Source: a virus
Lineage: Duplodnaviria; Caudoviricetes
Length of the DNA: 42,322 bases
Virus record (IMG/VR): IMGVR_UViG_3300009104_000041
Location: 1-42,322 of that record
Reading direction: 5' to 3' (one strand)
Shown: positions 21,602 to 31,235 of the stretch, in pieces
How the letters are laid out: every line of letters begins with the position of its first letter
Numbering within the stretch: position 1 is the first letter of the stretch
Notes under the pieces: generated by a model
What the model saw: the letters and a program-made list of their open reading frames with translations, nothing else
Told to the model about the DNA's origin: nothing
Database searches by the model: none
Translations under genes and position numbers: made by a program

Positions 21602-24142
21602 ATGAATACAGGCTTTTTAGGACGTGATGGCTTTATATGGGCTATTGGTGTAGTTGAAGATAGACATGATCCAGATAAGATGGGTCGTGTTAAAGTTAGA
21701 TGGTTGGGCTACCATACGGCAGAACAATCAAAAATAGCTACTGAAGATTTACCTTGGTCGCAAGTTATGCAACCCGTGGGTGGGCACACTATGTCGGGCG
21801 TTGGTGAATCTCATCCGGGTATAGAAGAAGGAACTTGGGTTATAGGATTTGCAAGAGACCCAGAGTCTCTACAGGATTGGATTATTATGGGTACTCTTCC
21901 CGGTATGAATACTCAACCGTCTAAACACAGCGCTAAACCAGTAGAAGATGGATTACCTCATGGTGGTTGGGGAAGAAGTAGTGAAAATGGAAAGTTCGGC
22001 TTTTTTGATCCAACCGGAACATCAGCCTCAGATAAAGAATTATCAGATATTCCATTTCCGCCTTCCGCTGCTACTTGGAGAAAAGAAACAGAAACTACCA
22101 TCACACCCAATGTCGATGTTATAGAAACGGCTAATAATCAATATTGGGGTCCTGGTCCATTTGATAAAATGAAGTTGTATAGTGATGAAATACTTTATGG
22201 TACTGCACCATCTTATCAAGCAACTAGGGATGCTGAGCTCGACCTACCAAAAGGAACAGCAAAAACAGTTCCGATATCAACTCATACCGATGCTTTATTT
22301 GAAACTTACGGAACTACAAGAAGGATAGTAGGTCCACCTACAGATTCTACACGATTTTGGACTAATATAGAAAAAAGTGAAAATGCTACTAATATAAATC
22401 TCGGCCATGTGATAAGTACGGGATACACAACTACAAACACACCCACATATCCAGTTATTTCAGAAGTTGCTAAAAGACATCGAACTCCATATCCAAGAAT
22501 GGCTATGTGTCGAAAGAAAAGCATAGAGAAGTTGTATGGCAAAACGATGTTAGATAAAATTGAAAAACTTTTTGATGATGGAGTATATGGTGATGTAGGT
22601 AAAAAGAAATGGAAAGATGTACCTGATACACATAGAATTGCTATACCTTTGAGTGATTATAATAGACTTGCACGTGGTGGTATGAAAATTACAGATATTA
22701 CATTTTCACCATCAATTAAGGTAACAGTAGATTCACTTACTGAGGAAATTCAGAAAGATGATATAATTATGCTATCTGGTATTCATGGTACGCATGAATT
22801 AAATGGTAGAAGATTTAAAGTTAAGAAATTATCGGGTAAAGTAATTACTATTGGTAGTGATGATGGTACGCCTATATCCGGTCCAGGTGATACAGATGTT
22901 ACGAAATATTCTAAAAACAATAAAATAAATCCAATGGCTACTCAAGCGGGCTGGGAGTATGGAGATGATTTTGAATTCTCACAATACAGAGGTGGCGGAG
23001 TTGTATTAACTGATGGTCACTTTATGATAAGGAGACGAGCAGAAACAAGAGAGAAGTGGATCAACATTGGTTATGGTACGTTTGCTAACCCTGCCAAAAT
23101 CCCCTTTAACGGTGGTAATAGAACTAAAGAAGTTATGACCCACTATTGGAGTGAACCCACTTCAGCATATGCTGCACAATATCCTTATAATAAAGTTTAT
23201 GAATCTGAATCTGGACATATTATGGAATATGATGATACTCCTGGAGCAGAGAGAATCAACCAGATGCATCGGTCTGGTACTTATTATGAGATAGATGACA
23301 GTGGTAATAAAACTACAAAGGTCACAGGTGACAATCACAATCTAACTATTCACGATGACTACCTTTATGTGAAGGGTAAGATACTTTGGACCGGTGATGA
23401 TGAAATTATGATACAGGCGAATGACCAAATGACAGTTGGCGCTAAATGGAATATTCGTTTAGTGTCTGACCATAATATTGATATACACGCCAAGGGAGAC
23501 TTGAATCTGAGAGGACATAATGTAAATATTGAGGCTAATGAAAATAGTATCAATATGCAAGCCGGACAAGTGAAAGTCAAGGCTCTTGGGTATCGGGCTG
23601 ATACAGCTATAGGTAGTGGATATAAGGGCAAAGGCGGCCAAGACCAAGCCTTTGGTGGATTAATACATTTAGAATCTGCGGAAAACGGGACCGCTGGAGG
23701 TAGAATTGTTTTGAAAGTGCCTCATGGTGATCCTTTTATGGGATTGGATGGTGGTGCAGATTTTGCTGGTAACTTGGAATTACCAGGAGGTGCTATCGTA
23801 CATGAAGGTGGTACAACTGTAGATATAACTGATTCGCCCAAATCTAGAAATACATTACAGGCAAGAGTAAACTTTGCATTCAAAGCAGCTGACTCTGTAA
23901 CTAGTAGTACTAGTGGGTCTTATACTAATGCTGAAGGTGATATAGGTACTTGGGGTTCACTTTCTGATGCAACTCATGTAAACTGGATGCAAATGACCGG
24001 TCCGTCAGTTAACCCGATTATCGTCGGTGAGGAGAAAAAATTAGGTAAACCACAGACTAATCCTTTTGCTGGATCAACATCGCCTGCTATTAATGAAAAT
24101 GCTGAAAAGATTAGAGACTTACACGACACAGAGGTAGATTAA
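21602..24142 (+). CDS. Baseplate hub/central spike protein, T4 gp5-like
   Basis: N-terminal OB-fold signature F.W.IGVVEDRHDP...GRVKVR.LGYH...DLPW; C-terminal YPYNKVYESESGHIMEYDDTPGAERI..HRSGT and beta-helix repeats. Confidence 0.92.
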   Translation: MNTGFLGRDGFIWAIGVVEDRHDPDKMGRVKVRWLGYHTAEQSKIATEDLPWSQVMQPVGGHTMSGVGESHPGIEEGTWVIGFARDPESLQDWIIMGTLPGMNTQPSKHSAKPVEDGLPHGGWGRSSENGKFGFFDPTGTSASDKELSDIPFPPSAATWRKETETTITPNVDVIETANNQYWGPGPFDKMKLYSDEILYGTAPSYQATRDAELDLPKGTAKTVPISTHTDALFETYGTTRRIVGPPTDSTRFWTNIEKSENATNINLGHVISTGYTTTNTPTYPVISEVAKRHRTPYPRMAMCRKKSIEKLYGKTMLDKIEKLFDDGVYGDVGKKKWKDVPDTHRIAIPLSDYNRLARGGMKITDITFSPSIKVTVDSLTEEIQKDDIIMLSGIHGTHELNGRRFKVKKLSGKVITIGSDDGTPISGPGDTDVTKYSKNNKINPMATQAGWEYGDDFEFSQYRGGGVVLTDGHFMIRRRAETREKWINIGYGTFANPAKIPFNGGNRTKEVMTHYWSEPTSAYAAQYPYNKVYESESGHIMEYDDTPGAERINQMHRSGTYYEIDDSGNKTTKVTGDNHNLTIHDDYLYVKGKILWTGDDEIMIQANDQMTVGAKWNIRLVSDHNIDIHAKGDLNLRGHNVNIEANENSINMQAGQVKVKALGYRADTAIGSGYKGKGGQDQAFGGLIHLESAENGTAGGRIVLKVPHGDPFMGLDGGADFAGNLELPGGAIVHEGGTTVDITDSPKSRNTLQARVNFAFKAADSVTSSTSGSYTNAEGDIGTWGSLSDATHVNWMQMTGPSVNPIIVGEEKKLGKPQTNPFAGSTSPAINENAEKIRDLHDTEVD

Positions 24143-24146
24143 TAAA

Positions 24147-24422
24147 ATGCCACGTTCAGATGAAAATGAAGAAAAAACTATAGAAGGGTCTGGAGCTTGG
24201 TCTGATGGTTGTTGGAATAAAGGCAAAGGTGTTACAATATCCAGTGTAGTGTCAAGTGCGTTGACATCTATATCTACTACAAGCACTTCAGTTCCTACGG
24301 ATGAAATAAGGGGAGCGGATGATAATAATGATGATCCGGATGTGGACACTGGCACCCCTGATGATCCGGGTCAAGACGATACTGCAGCCGGGGATGAGGA
24401 TAATCATCCAGGGTGGGTGTAA
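24147..24422 (+). CDS. Acidic low-complexity hypothetical protein
   Basis: 91-aa ORF between gp5 and gp25; Asp-rich tail. Confidence 0.55.
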   Translation: MPRSDENEEKTIEGSGAWSDGCWNKGKGVTISSVVSSALTSISTTSTSVPTDEIRGADDNNDDPDVDTGTPDDPGQDDTAAGDEDNHPGWV

Positions 24423-24436
24423 TGAACGTAAACAAG

Positions 24437-24444
24437 TATAAATA
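24437..24444 (+). promoter_or_regulatory. T4-type late promoter TATAAATA
   Basis: Exact consensus 6 nt upstream of the gp25 ATG. Confidence 0.75.
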
Positions 24445-24450
24445 GTACAA

Positions 24451-24909
24451 ATGCCTATAACATATAACACAGGGTATGATGATGCCCAAGCTACAAACGA
24501 AAGTCCTAGAAGTACTTTTATCTATAAGGACTTAAATTTATTTTTTACTAAAAATCCATTATCTAGCGATGTTAGTAAGGTAACAGATGTTCAGGCAATA
24601 AAACGTAGTGTAAGAAATCTAGTATTAACGAATAGAGGCGAACGTCTATTTCATCCTGAGATAGGTGGAGATGTACATGGGTCTTTGTTTGAAAATTTTA
24701 CACCGATAACAGAAATTGAATTACAATCTGCTATAACTAATACTTTGGAGATATACGAACCCAGAGTTATTTTGGAAGAAGTTGTGGTGAATAGTCCTAC
24801 TGGCAGAGATTTAGATAATAATAGATTAAGAATAACAGTTAGGTTTTCATTAGCTAATGTACCAAACGAAATAGAGGAAGTAGAAGTCTTCCTGGATAGG
24901 ATACGATAA
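24451..24909 (+). CDS. Baseplate wedge subunit, T4 gp25-like
   Basis: YKDLNL.F..NP...D......AIKRSVRNLVLTN.GERLFHPEIG...LFE...YEPRV pattern. Confidence 0.93.
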   Translation: MPITYNTGYDDAQATNESPRSTFIYKDLNLFFTKNPLSSDVSKVTDVQAIKRSVRNLVLTNRGERLFHPEIGGDVHGSLFENFTPITEIELQSAITNTLEIYEPRVILEEVVVNSPTGRDLDNNRLRITVRFSLANVPNEIEEVEVFLDRIR

Positions 24910-26750
24910 TGGCAGTCAATACACAAGGCAAATTAGAAATTACAGATTTAGATTTTGATACAATTAAATCAAATCTCAAAACTTATTTAAAAGGGCAGTC
25001 TGAATTTACAGATTACGATTTTGAAGGATCTGGTATGTCCGTATTGTTAGATGTGTTAGCATATAATACACATTACAATGCTTTCATGGCAAATATGCTT
25101 GCTAATGAAATGTTCCTTGATACCGCAGTCAAAAGAAATTCGGTTGTATCTCATGCTAAAAAATTAAACTATACTCCAGTTTCGGCTAAAGCACCAAAAG
25201 CAAATCTTGATGTAACAGTAAATGATGCTACATCAGGATCTTTAACTTTATCTGCAGGTCATGTCTTTGCTGCTACAGTTACCGGAACACAATATCAGTT
25301 TGTAGCAATCGATGATGTAACAATACAACCTGATAACGGAATTTATACCTTTGATAATTTACCTGTTTATGAAGGTACATATGTAACAACACAATATACA
25401 GTAAATACATCTGACGCAGACCAACGATTTATTTTAGATAATGATAATATTGATATCTCCACATTAAGCGTTACTGTACAAACTTCTTCAACCGATACAA
25501 CAACCACAACATATACAAAGGCAGATAATATTGTAGATGTCAAGAGTACTACAGCTGCTTTCTTTACACAAGAAACAACAGATGGAGAATGGGAAATATA
25601 TTTTGGTGATGGTGTTGTAGGTAAAGCATTAATTGATGGTAATATTGTTTCTATGAGTTATGTGGTCACAAATAAAGCTGATGCTAATGGAGCAAGTGTA
25701 TTTACTTCTTCTAGTAATATTGGAGGTAATAGTGATATTACAGTAGTAACGGCAACCGCAGCCGCTGGTGGAGCTGAACCAGATACATTAGATGCTATAA
25801 AATATAATGCACCATTTAGCTATGCATCACAAAATAGAGCAGTGACTGCTGCTGATTACAAAGCAATTGTTCCTCAAATATATTCAAATGTACAATCTAT
25901 AGCTGTATGGGGTGGAGAACACGCTAGTCCGGCAGTCTATGGTAAAGTATATATTTCAATTCGTCCAATGACTGGTGACTCAATTACTGCTGCTACAAAG
26001 AATTCTATTATAACACAATTAAACGATTATAAGGTAGCTAGTGTAACTGTAGAAATAGAAGATCCAATAACGATTAAGATTATACCTATTGTGAATTTTA
26101 AATTTGATAATTCTGCTACTACAAAAACATCTAGCTCTTTAGAAACTTCAGTTACTACTGCTATTAATAGTTTTAGTGATAATAATTTGGAAAAGTTTGA
26201 AGGTATTTTTAGACATTCACAACTTACAGGTACTATTGATGATGTTGATGTTTCTATATTATCTAATATTACAACAATTAAAATTAGTCAGAATATTACT
26301 CCGACATTATCTGCTGCCACAAAATATACAGTTTCATTTAGTAATGCTTTACATGATCCAGACGCAGCAGAAAAACAATTATCGTCAACGGGATTTATTA
26401 TAAGTGGTAATGAAAATACTTTATACCTAGATGACGATGGCGCTGGTGTGGTTAGAACTTATTACCTAGTTGGTTCAACTAGAACTTATGTAGATACTTC
26501 TGCTGGTACTATAGACTATGATTCAGGAGAGGTAGTATTGACCTCTCTGAATATTACATCGGTATCAAATTCAGACGGTACAATTACACTTACAGTAATA
26601 CCGTTATCTAATGATATCGTGCCAGTTAGAAATCAAATTTTAGAAATAGATTCTACTAATATGTCCGTAACAGGATCAGAAGATACAATAGCCTCTGGAG
26701 CATCTAATGCTGGTGTATCATATACAACAACATCATCATATAGCAACTAA
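24909..26750 (+). CDS. Baseplate wedge subunit, T4 gp6-like
   Basis: LDFDTIK.NLK.YL..Q.EFTDYDFEGSG.S.LLD.LAYNTHY and QNRAVTA.DY motifs. Confidence 0.95.
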   Translation: MAVNTQGKLEITDLDFDTIKSNLKTYLKGQSEFTDYDFEGSGMSVLLDVLAYNTHYNAFMANMLANEMFLDTAVKRNSVVSHAKKLNYTPVSAKAPKANLDVTVNDATSGSLTLSAGHVFAATVTGTQYQFVAIDDVTIQPDNGIYTFDNLPVYEGTYVTTQYTVNTSDADQRFILDNDNIDISTLSVTVQTSSTDTTTTTYTKADNIVDVKSTTAAFFTQETTDGEWEIYFGDGVVGKALIDGNIVSMSYVVTNKADANGASVFTSSSNIGGNSDITVVTATAAAGGAEPDTLDAIKYNAPFSYASQNRAVTAADYKAIVPQIYSNVQSIAVWGGEHASPAVYGKVYISIRPMTGDSITAATKNSIITQLNDYKVASVTVEIEDPITIKIIPIVNFKFDNSATTKTSSSLETSVTTAINSFSDNNLEKFEGIFRHSQLTGTIDDVDVSILSNITTIKISQNITPTLSAATKYTVSFSNALHDPDAAEKQLSSTGFIISGNENTLYLDDDGAGVVRTYYLVGSTRTYVDTSAGTIDYDSGEVVLTSLNITSVSNSDGTITLTVIPLSNDIVPVRNQILEIDSTNMSVTGSEDTIASGASNAGVSYTTTSSYSN

Positions 26751-29700
26751 TGGCCTTTAATAATAAAATCTCGCTTAAAGTAGCGGAACAATTTCCAGAT
26801 TTTGTAAAAGCAGATGCAGCTGGTGTAATTACTTTTTTAGAAAAGTATTATCAGTTTATGGAATCTGCTGAGTTGCAATTAACAAATATTGGAGCTACAA
26901 ATCAGATTTTATCGGAAGAAGGTACTACTAATTTTATTGTATTACAAAATGAAGGCCCACGTTCTAATATTGGAGTTAATGGTGTTGATAAGATTTTATT
27001 AGAAGATACAAATTATGGTGCTTTTGTAGACGGTGAAACAATTACTGGAGATACATCTAAAGCAACTGCTACAATTCGAGTAGAAGATATCAATGGCAAT
27101 TCTAGATTGTTTATATCAGCTCAACCAAAGTTTATTATTGGTGAAAATATAACAGGCGGAACATCTACTGCTACAGCAGAGATATCTGGGTACAGAGCAA
27201 ATCCAGTTGAGAATATTTCCCAGTTAATGAAATATGCAGATGTCGATGATACTATAGATTCATTTTTTAACCAATTCAAAAATGAAATTCTAAAAACAAT
27301 TCCAAAAACATTAACACCGAACCTCAATAAAAGAAAACTGTTAAAAAATATAACAGACTTATATAGGTCTAAAGGTACGAGAAAAGCTCACGAATTATTT
27401 TTTAGAATTTTACTTAATGAAAATGTTGAAGTATATTATCCAACTGTGGATATGCTTCGTGTATCTGATGGCAATTGGTCAGACCCAACGATATTAAGAG
27501 TACTACAGGACAATGATGTATTACTCATGGAAGATGATGACGAACAAGCTTATGGAACTATATTTTTATTAGATGAAGATAACACCCATATAGAATTAGA
27601 AGATTCTACTGAAGCTACAGATGATATTACTAAACTAGTAGGTCAAACAATTACACAAAGTGCTGTTAGGGATGTATCTACTGAACTTGGTGGCGCTCAT
27701 CATCCTGATACTGCTGGTTATCAAGGACCTACAGGTGGATATACAGACGTAGGTTTAGCAACTGCGAAAGTTGAATCTGTAACACAATTTCAATTAGGTA
27801 GTATTACCTTAAACGAATTGACATTGAGCGATAATAGTGTAAGTGGAACTTTTATATCAGGACAAAATATAACTGGTTTATCTAATGTGGATCAAACTAC
27901 TACGATTAATGCTAAAGTGGGATCTGTAATTACAGGAACCACTATCACTTCATCGGGTCAATATTATGCCACAACAGATACTATAGGTATTACTACATCA
28001 AATGGTAATGATGCTACAGTTAAAATAGATAGTTTAACTCCTGGTACAATTTCTGAATTATTAGTTAGTACTGCTGGAACAGGTTATGCTATAGGTGATG
28101 CTATAGTTGTTAATAATTCAAGTACAAATGGATCAGGTTTGGCTGGTGAAGTTTCTATAGTTAATGGAGGTTTTGCTCCAGAGACAGGATCACTTATAGA
28201 ACAATTTAGATTCACTTTAGAAAATGAACCTGGGGAAATTTTAGTAGAAACTTCAGATGATGGTAGTGCTAGTGGTATAAGTTTAGAAGCTGGTACTTCT
28301 GGTCAACCTGGAGAAATTATAACAGAAGATGGATTTTATATTCATCAAGAAGAAGCTTCAGCAAGTACTCTTGTATATTTTACTCAAGAAGAAGATTATG
28401 AAATGGCAACAACAGACCATATTGTTCTTGAAGAGCATACTGTTTTTGCTGATTCTTTATCTGGTAATAAAATTGTACAGGAGATTGGATCAGGAAATGG
28501 TGATATTACAGATGTTAGAGTTACAGCTATAGGAGAAAACTATACTGCAGTCCCCACATTAACAATAACATCATCTGGCGGTTCAAGTGCTAAAGTTATT
28601 GCTAAAGGATCGGGTGTGGGTCAAATTAAAGCACTATCGGTTGATGATCCAGGAATACATTATACAGATACAGTAACCTTAACATCAGATACTAATCTGC
28701 TGGTAACAGGTATTAGTGGAACATTTACCTCTTTAGAAACGCTTACCGGTGGAACTAGTGGAGCAACTGCAACATTTAAAACAGCCAATACATCTACTTG
28801 TGTGATGAAGGTGACAATGCTTACAGGTACGTTTAGTGCCGGTGAAACTATTACTGGAGGTTCTAGTGGTGTTACTGCTGTAATAAATTCTGTAGAATCA
28901 AGTACTCTATCTGGAGTAACAGGAACAGCTACAACAAAAACAGGATCTTTTATAAATCAGGATGGATTTGTATCAGAGTCATCTAAAAAAATACAAGATA
29001 GTTATTATTATCAAGATTATTCCTATGTTATAAAGATAGGTAAAGCTATAACAGATTGGCGAAATGATTTACAACAGTCTGTACATCCAGCGGGTTGGCA
29101 AGTATTTGGACAAATAGATTCTGCGTCTACATTAAGTGCTAGAATTAAATCAGCATCTACGGCACAAGAAGCTATAACGGCACGTGGAACATATACACCA
29201 GAATTGTTCTCCACATTTGAGACTATATTTGCTACTCAACTTAACGTACATAAAGCCGCTCGAGCTTCAGTAATTACAACAGCGCCAATTGTATGGACAT
29301 CATTAGTAACTGCTAGAACTCAAGGCGGTGCTGGTGTACGAGTTGGTAATGCTGATACATATAGATTCTATAATAAGACCTCTGTTGATACTTCAATTAC
29401 GTTTAGAAGTCATCGAGGCTATTATGAGAAACGGGAACGTACTACTTTAAATGAAGGTGGTACATTATCTAATTCAGATACTACGATAACATTAACAGAT
29501 GCTTCTCAATTTCCACCACAGGGTACAATAGTAATAGAATCTGAACAGATTACATATACTGGTAAATCTAGTAATAATCTAACAGGGTGTACTAGAGGCG
29601 CAAACAGCACTACTGCTGCTACTCATGCTGATAGTACAGCGGTTTATAATTATAAATTTATACTTACAAATGAAGAATCTTGGCGTGTACAGGATTGGAG

Positions 29701-29788
29701 TAACGTAACTATACAAGACGCTACTCAGAATCCACAAAAGAGACATAATGTTCCTGTACCAGGAGAAATCACGCTTTCATATTCATAA
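26750..29788 (+). CDS. Baseplate wedge initiator, T4 gp7-like
   Basis: QFP.FV....F LEKYY.F.E, LYRSKGT and IQDSYYYQDYSYVIK...VHPAG motifs; located between gp6 and gp8. Confidence 0.88.
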   Translation: MAFNNKISLKVAEQFPDFVKADAAGVITFLEKYYQFMESAELQLTNIGATNQILSEEGTTNFIVLQNEGPRSNIGVNGVDKILLEDTNYGAFVDGETITGDTSKATATIRVEDINGNSRLFISAQPKFIIGENITGGTSTATAEISGYRANPVENISQLMKYADVDDTIDSFFNQFKNEILKTIPKTLTPNLNKRKLLKNITDLYRSKGTRKAHELFFRILLNENVEVYYPTVDMLRVSDGNWSDPTILRVLQDNDVLLMEDDDEQAYGTIFLLDEDNTHIELEDSTEATDDITKLVGQTITQSAVRDVSTELGGAHHPDTAGYQGPTGGYTDVGLATAKVESVTQFQLGSITLNELTLSDNSVSGTFISGQNITGLSNVDQTTTINAKVGSVITGTTITSSGQYYATTDTIGITTSNGNDATVKIDSLTPGTISELLVSTAGTGYAIGDAIVVNNSSTNGSGLAGEVSIVNGGFAPETGSLIEQFRFTLENEPGEILVETSDDGSASGISLEAGTSGQPGEIITEDGFYIHQEEASASTLVYFTQEEDYEMATTDHIVLEEHTVFADSLSGNKIVQEIGSGNGDITDVRVTAIGENYTAVPTLTITSSGGSSAKVIAKGSGVGQIKALSVDDPGIHYTDTVTLTSDTNLLVTGISGTFTSLETLTGGTSGATATFKTANTSTCVMKVTMLTGTFSAGETITGGSSGVTAVINSVESSTLSGVTGTATTKTGSFINQDGFVSESSKKIQDSYYYQDYSYVIKIGKAITDWRNDLQQSVHPAGWQVFGQIDSASTLSARIKSASTAQEAITARGTYTPELFSTFETIFATQLNVHKAARASVITTAPIVWTSLVTARTQGGAGVRVGNADTYRFYNKTSVDTSITFRSHRGYYEKRERTTLNEGGTLSNSDTTITLTDASQFPPQGTIVIESEQITYTGKSSNNLTGCTRGANSTTAATHADSTAVYNYKFILTNEESWRVQDWSNVTIQDATQNPQKRHNVPVPGEITLSYS

Positions 29789-29795
29789 TAACTTG

Positions 29796-29803
29796 TATAA
29801 ATA
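29796..29803 (+). promoter_or_regulatory. T4-type late promoter TATAAATA
   Basis: Exact consensus upstream of gp8. Confidence 0.75.
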
Positions 29804-29834
29804 ATAGAAAGAAAACTCGGAGAATTTTGACACA

Positions 29835-31235
29835 ATGGCAGCAATAGTAACTCACAAATTCAGGATCCATAACGCAGAACAATTTTATGAGTCAATCGGC
29901 GAAGCGGCCGCATCGACTTATTATCTGTTTATTGGACGACCACAGGCCTTTGCCTCAAATACAGGAGGCGGCACAGATTCATCGCCACCCACCCCTAATG
30001 ATGATATAGTATCAGAATATGCTCAATTTAGGGAGATGATGGCTGCTAAAAAAGTCACAGCTTCAGATATTTCATTTGTTGTTCCTAGACGTACATGGAC
30101 TTCAGGTACAACTTATGACATTTATCGTCCCGATTATAGTACGACACTAACATCTAATAGTAGTGCAACAAATCTTTTTAGTGCTACATATTATGTAATG
30201 ACTTCCGAGTATAAAGTTTATAAGTGTATGGGTAATGATGGTAATACAGCATCTACAGTAGAACCAACTGCAACCGGTAATACAGAATTTGCTACTGGCG
30301 ATGGTTATGTTTGGAAGTATATGTACACCATGACTTCAACTCAAACAGCAAACTTTTTGTCTACAGATTTTATGCCTGTTGTTGATACATTGGGAACAGT
30401 AACAGGCGGTTCACAGTCTACAGTATCAAGTAATGCAGTAGATGGTGAAATAAGACATATCGCAGTAACAACTGCTGGGTCTGGGTATACAAATGGAACA
30501 TATACATCAGTACCTATTCGTGGTGACGGTTCTAGTGGAGTATGTACAGTAGTAGTTTCTGGCGGAGCTCTAGCTTCTGCTACAGTAACAGCTCAGGGTA
30601 GTGGTTATACATATGCTACGGTAGATGTTGCTAATATCTCAGGTATAGGCGGTGGTTCAAATGGAGCATTAACTCCATTGGTTGGACCAAAAGGTGGTCA
30701 TGGATATGATGCTTTAAAGGAATTGGGCGCCTTTTATGTAATGATTAACGTATCATTAGCTGGAGCAGAAGGTTCAGGCGACTTTGTAGTAGCTCAAGAT
30801 TTTCGTAGAGTTGGATTAGTAAGAAATCCATATAATCACGGCACAACAACAGTTGCAACTGGTGCTACATTAAGTGGACTGAAAAGTGTAACATTTAATT
30901 CTAGTCCTACACCAGGCACATTTACTAATGATGAAGTTATTACCGGTGGTACATCTGGTGCAAAGGGTAAGGTTGTAAACTGGGATTCTACAAATAGAAT
31001 TTTAAAATATATTCAAACTGAATGGACAGGTATAGATTCAGTTAAAAATTTAACAGCATTTGCCGGTACTGAAGTTGTTACAGGAGCGACAAGTTCTGCG
31101 ACGGGTACTATGTCGGCAGTAAATAATCCTGAGATAGCATATCACTCAGGGGATGTGATGTATGTAGAGAACAGAGTTCCTATTACACGAGCATCAGACC
31201 AGACAGAGAATATTAAGTTAATAGTGGAATTTTAA
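29835..31235 (+). CDS. Baseplate wedge subunit, T4 gp8-like
   Basis: MAAIVT.KFRI.NA, VYKC..N, DGY.WKYMY and Y.ENR.PI.R..DQTE.IK...EF motifs. Confidence 0.92.
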   Translation: MAAIVTHKFRIHNAEQFYESIGEAAASTYYLFIGRPQAFASNTGGGTDSSPPTPNDDIVSEYAQFREMMAAKKVTASDISFVVPRRTWTSGTTYDIYRPDYSTTLTSNSSATNLFSATYYVMTSEYKVYKCMGNDGNTASTVEPTATGNTEFATGDGYVWKYMYTMTSTQTANFLSTDFMPVVDTLGTVTGGSQSTVSSNAVDGEIRHIAVTTAGSGYTNGTYTSVPIRGDGSSGVCTVVVSGGALASATVTAQGSGYTYATVDVANISGIGGGSNGALTPLVGPKGGHGYDALKELGAFYVMINVSLAGAEGSGDFVVAQDFRRVGLVRNPYNHGTTTVATGATLSGLKSVTFNSSPTPGTFTNDEVITGGTSGAKGKVVNWDSTNRILKYIQTEWTGIDSVKNLTAFAGTEVVTGATSSATGTMSAVNNPEIAYHSGDVMYVENRVPITRASDQTENIKLIVEF

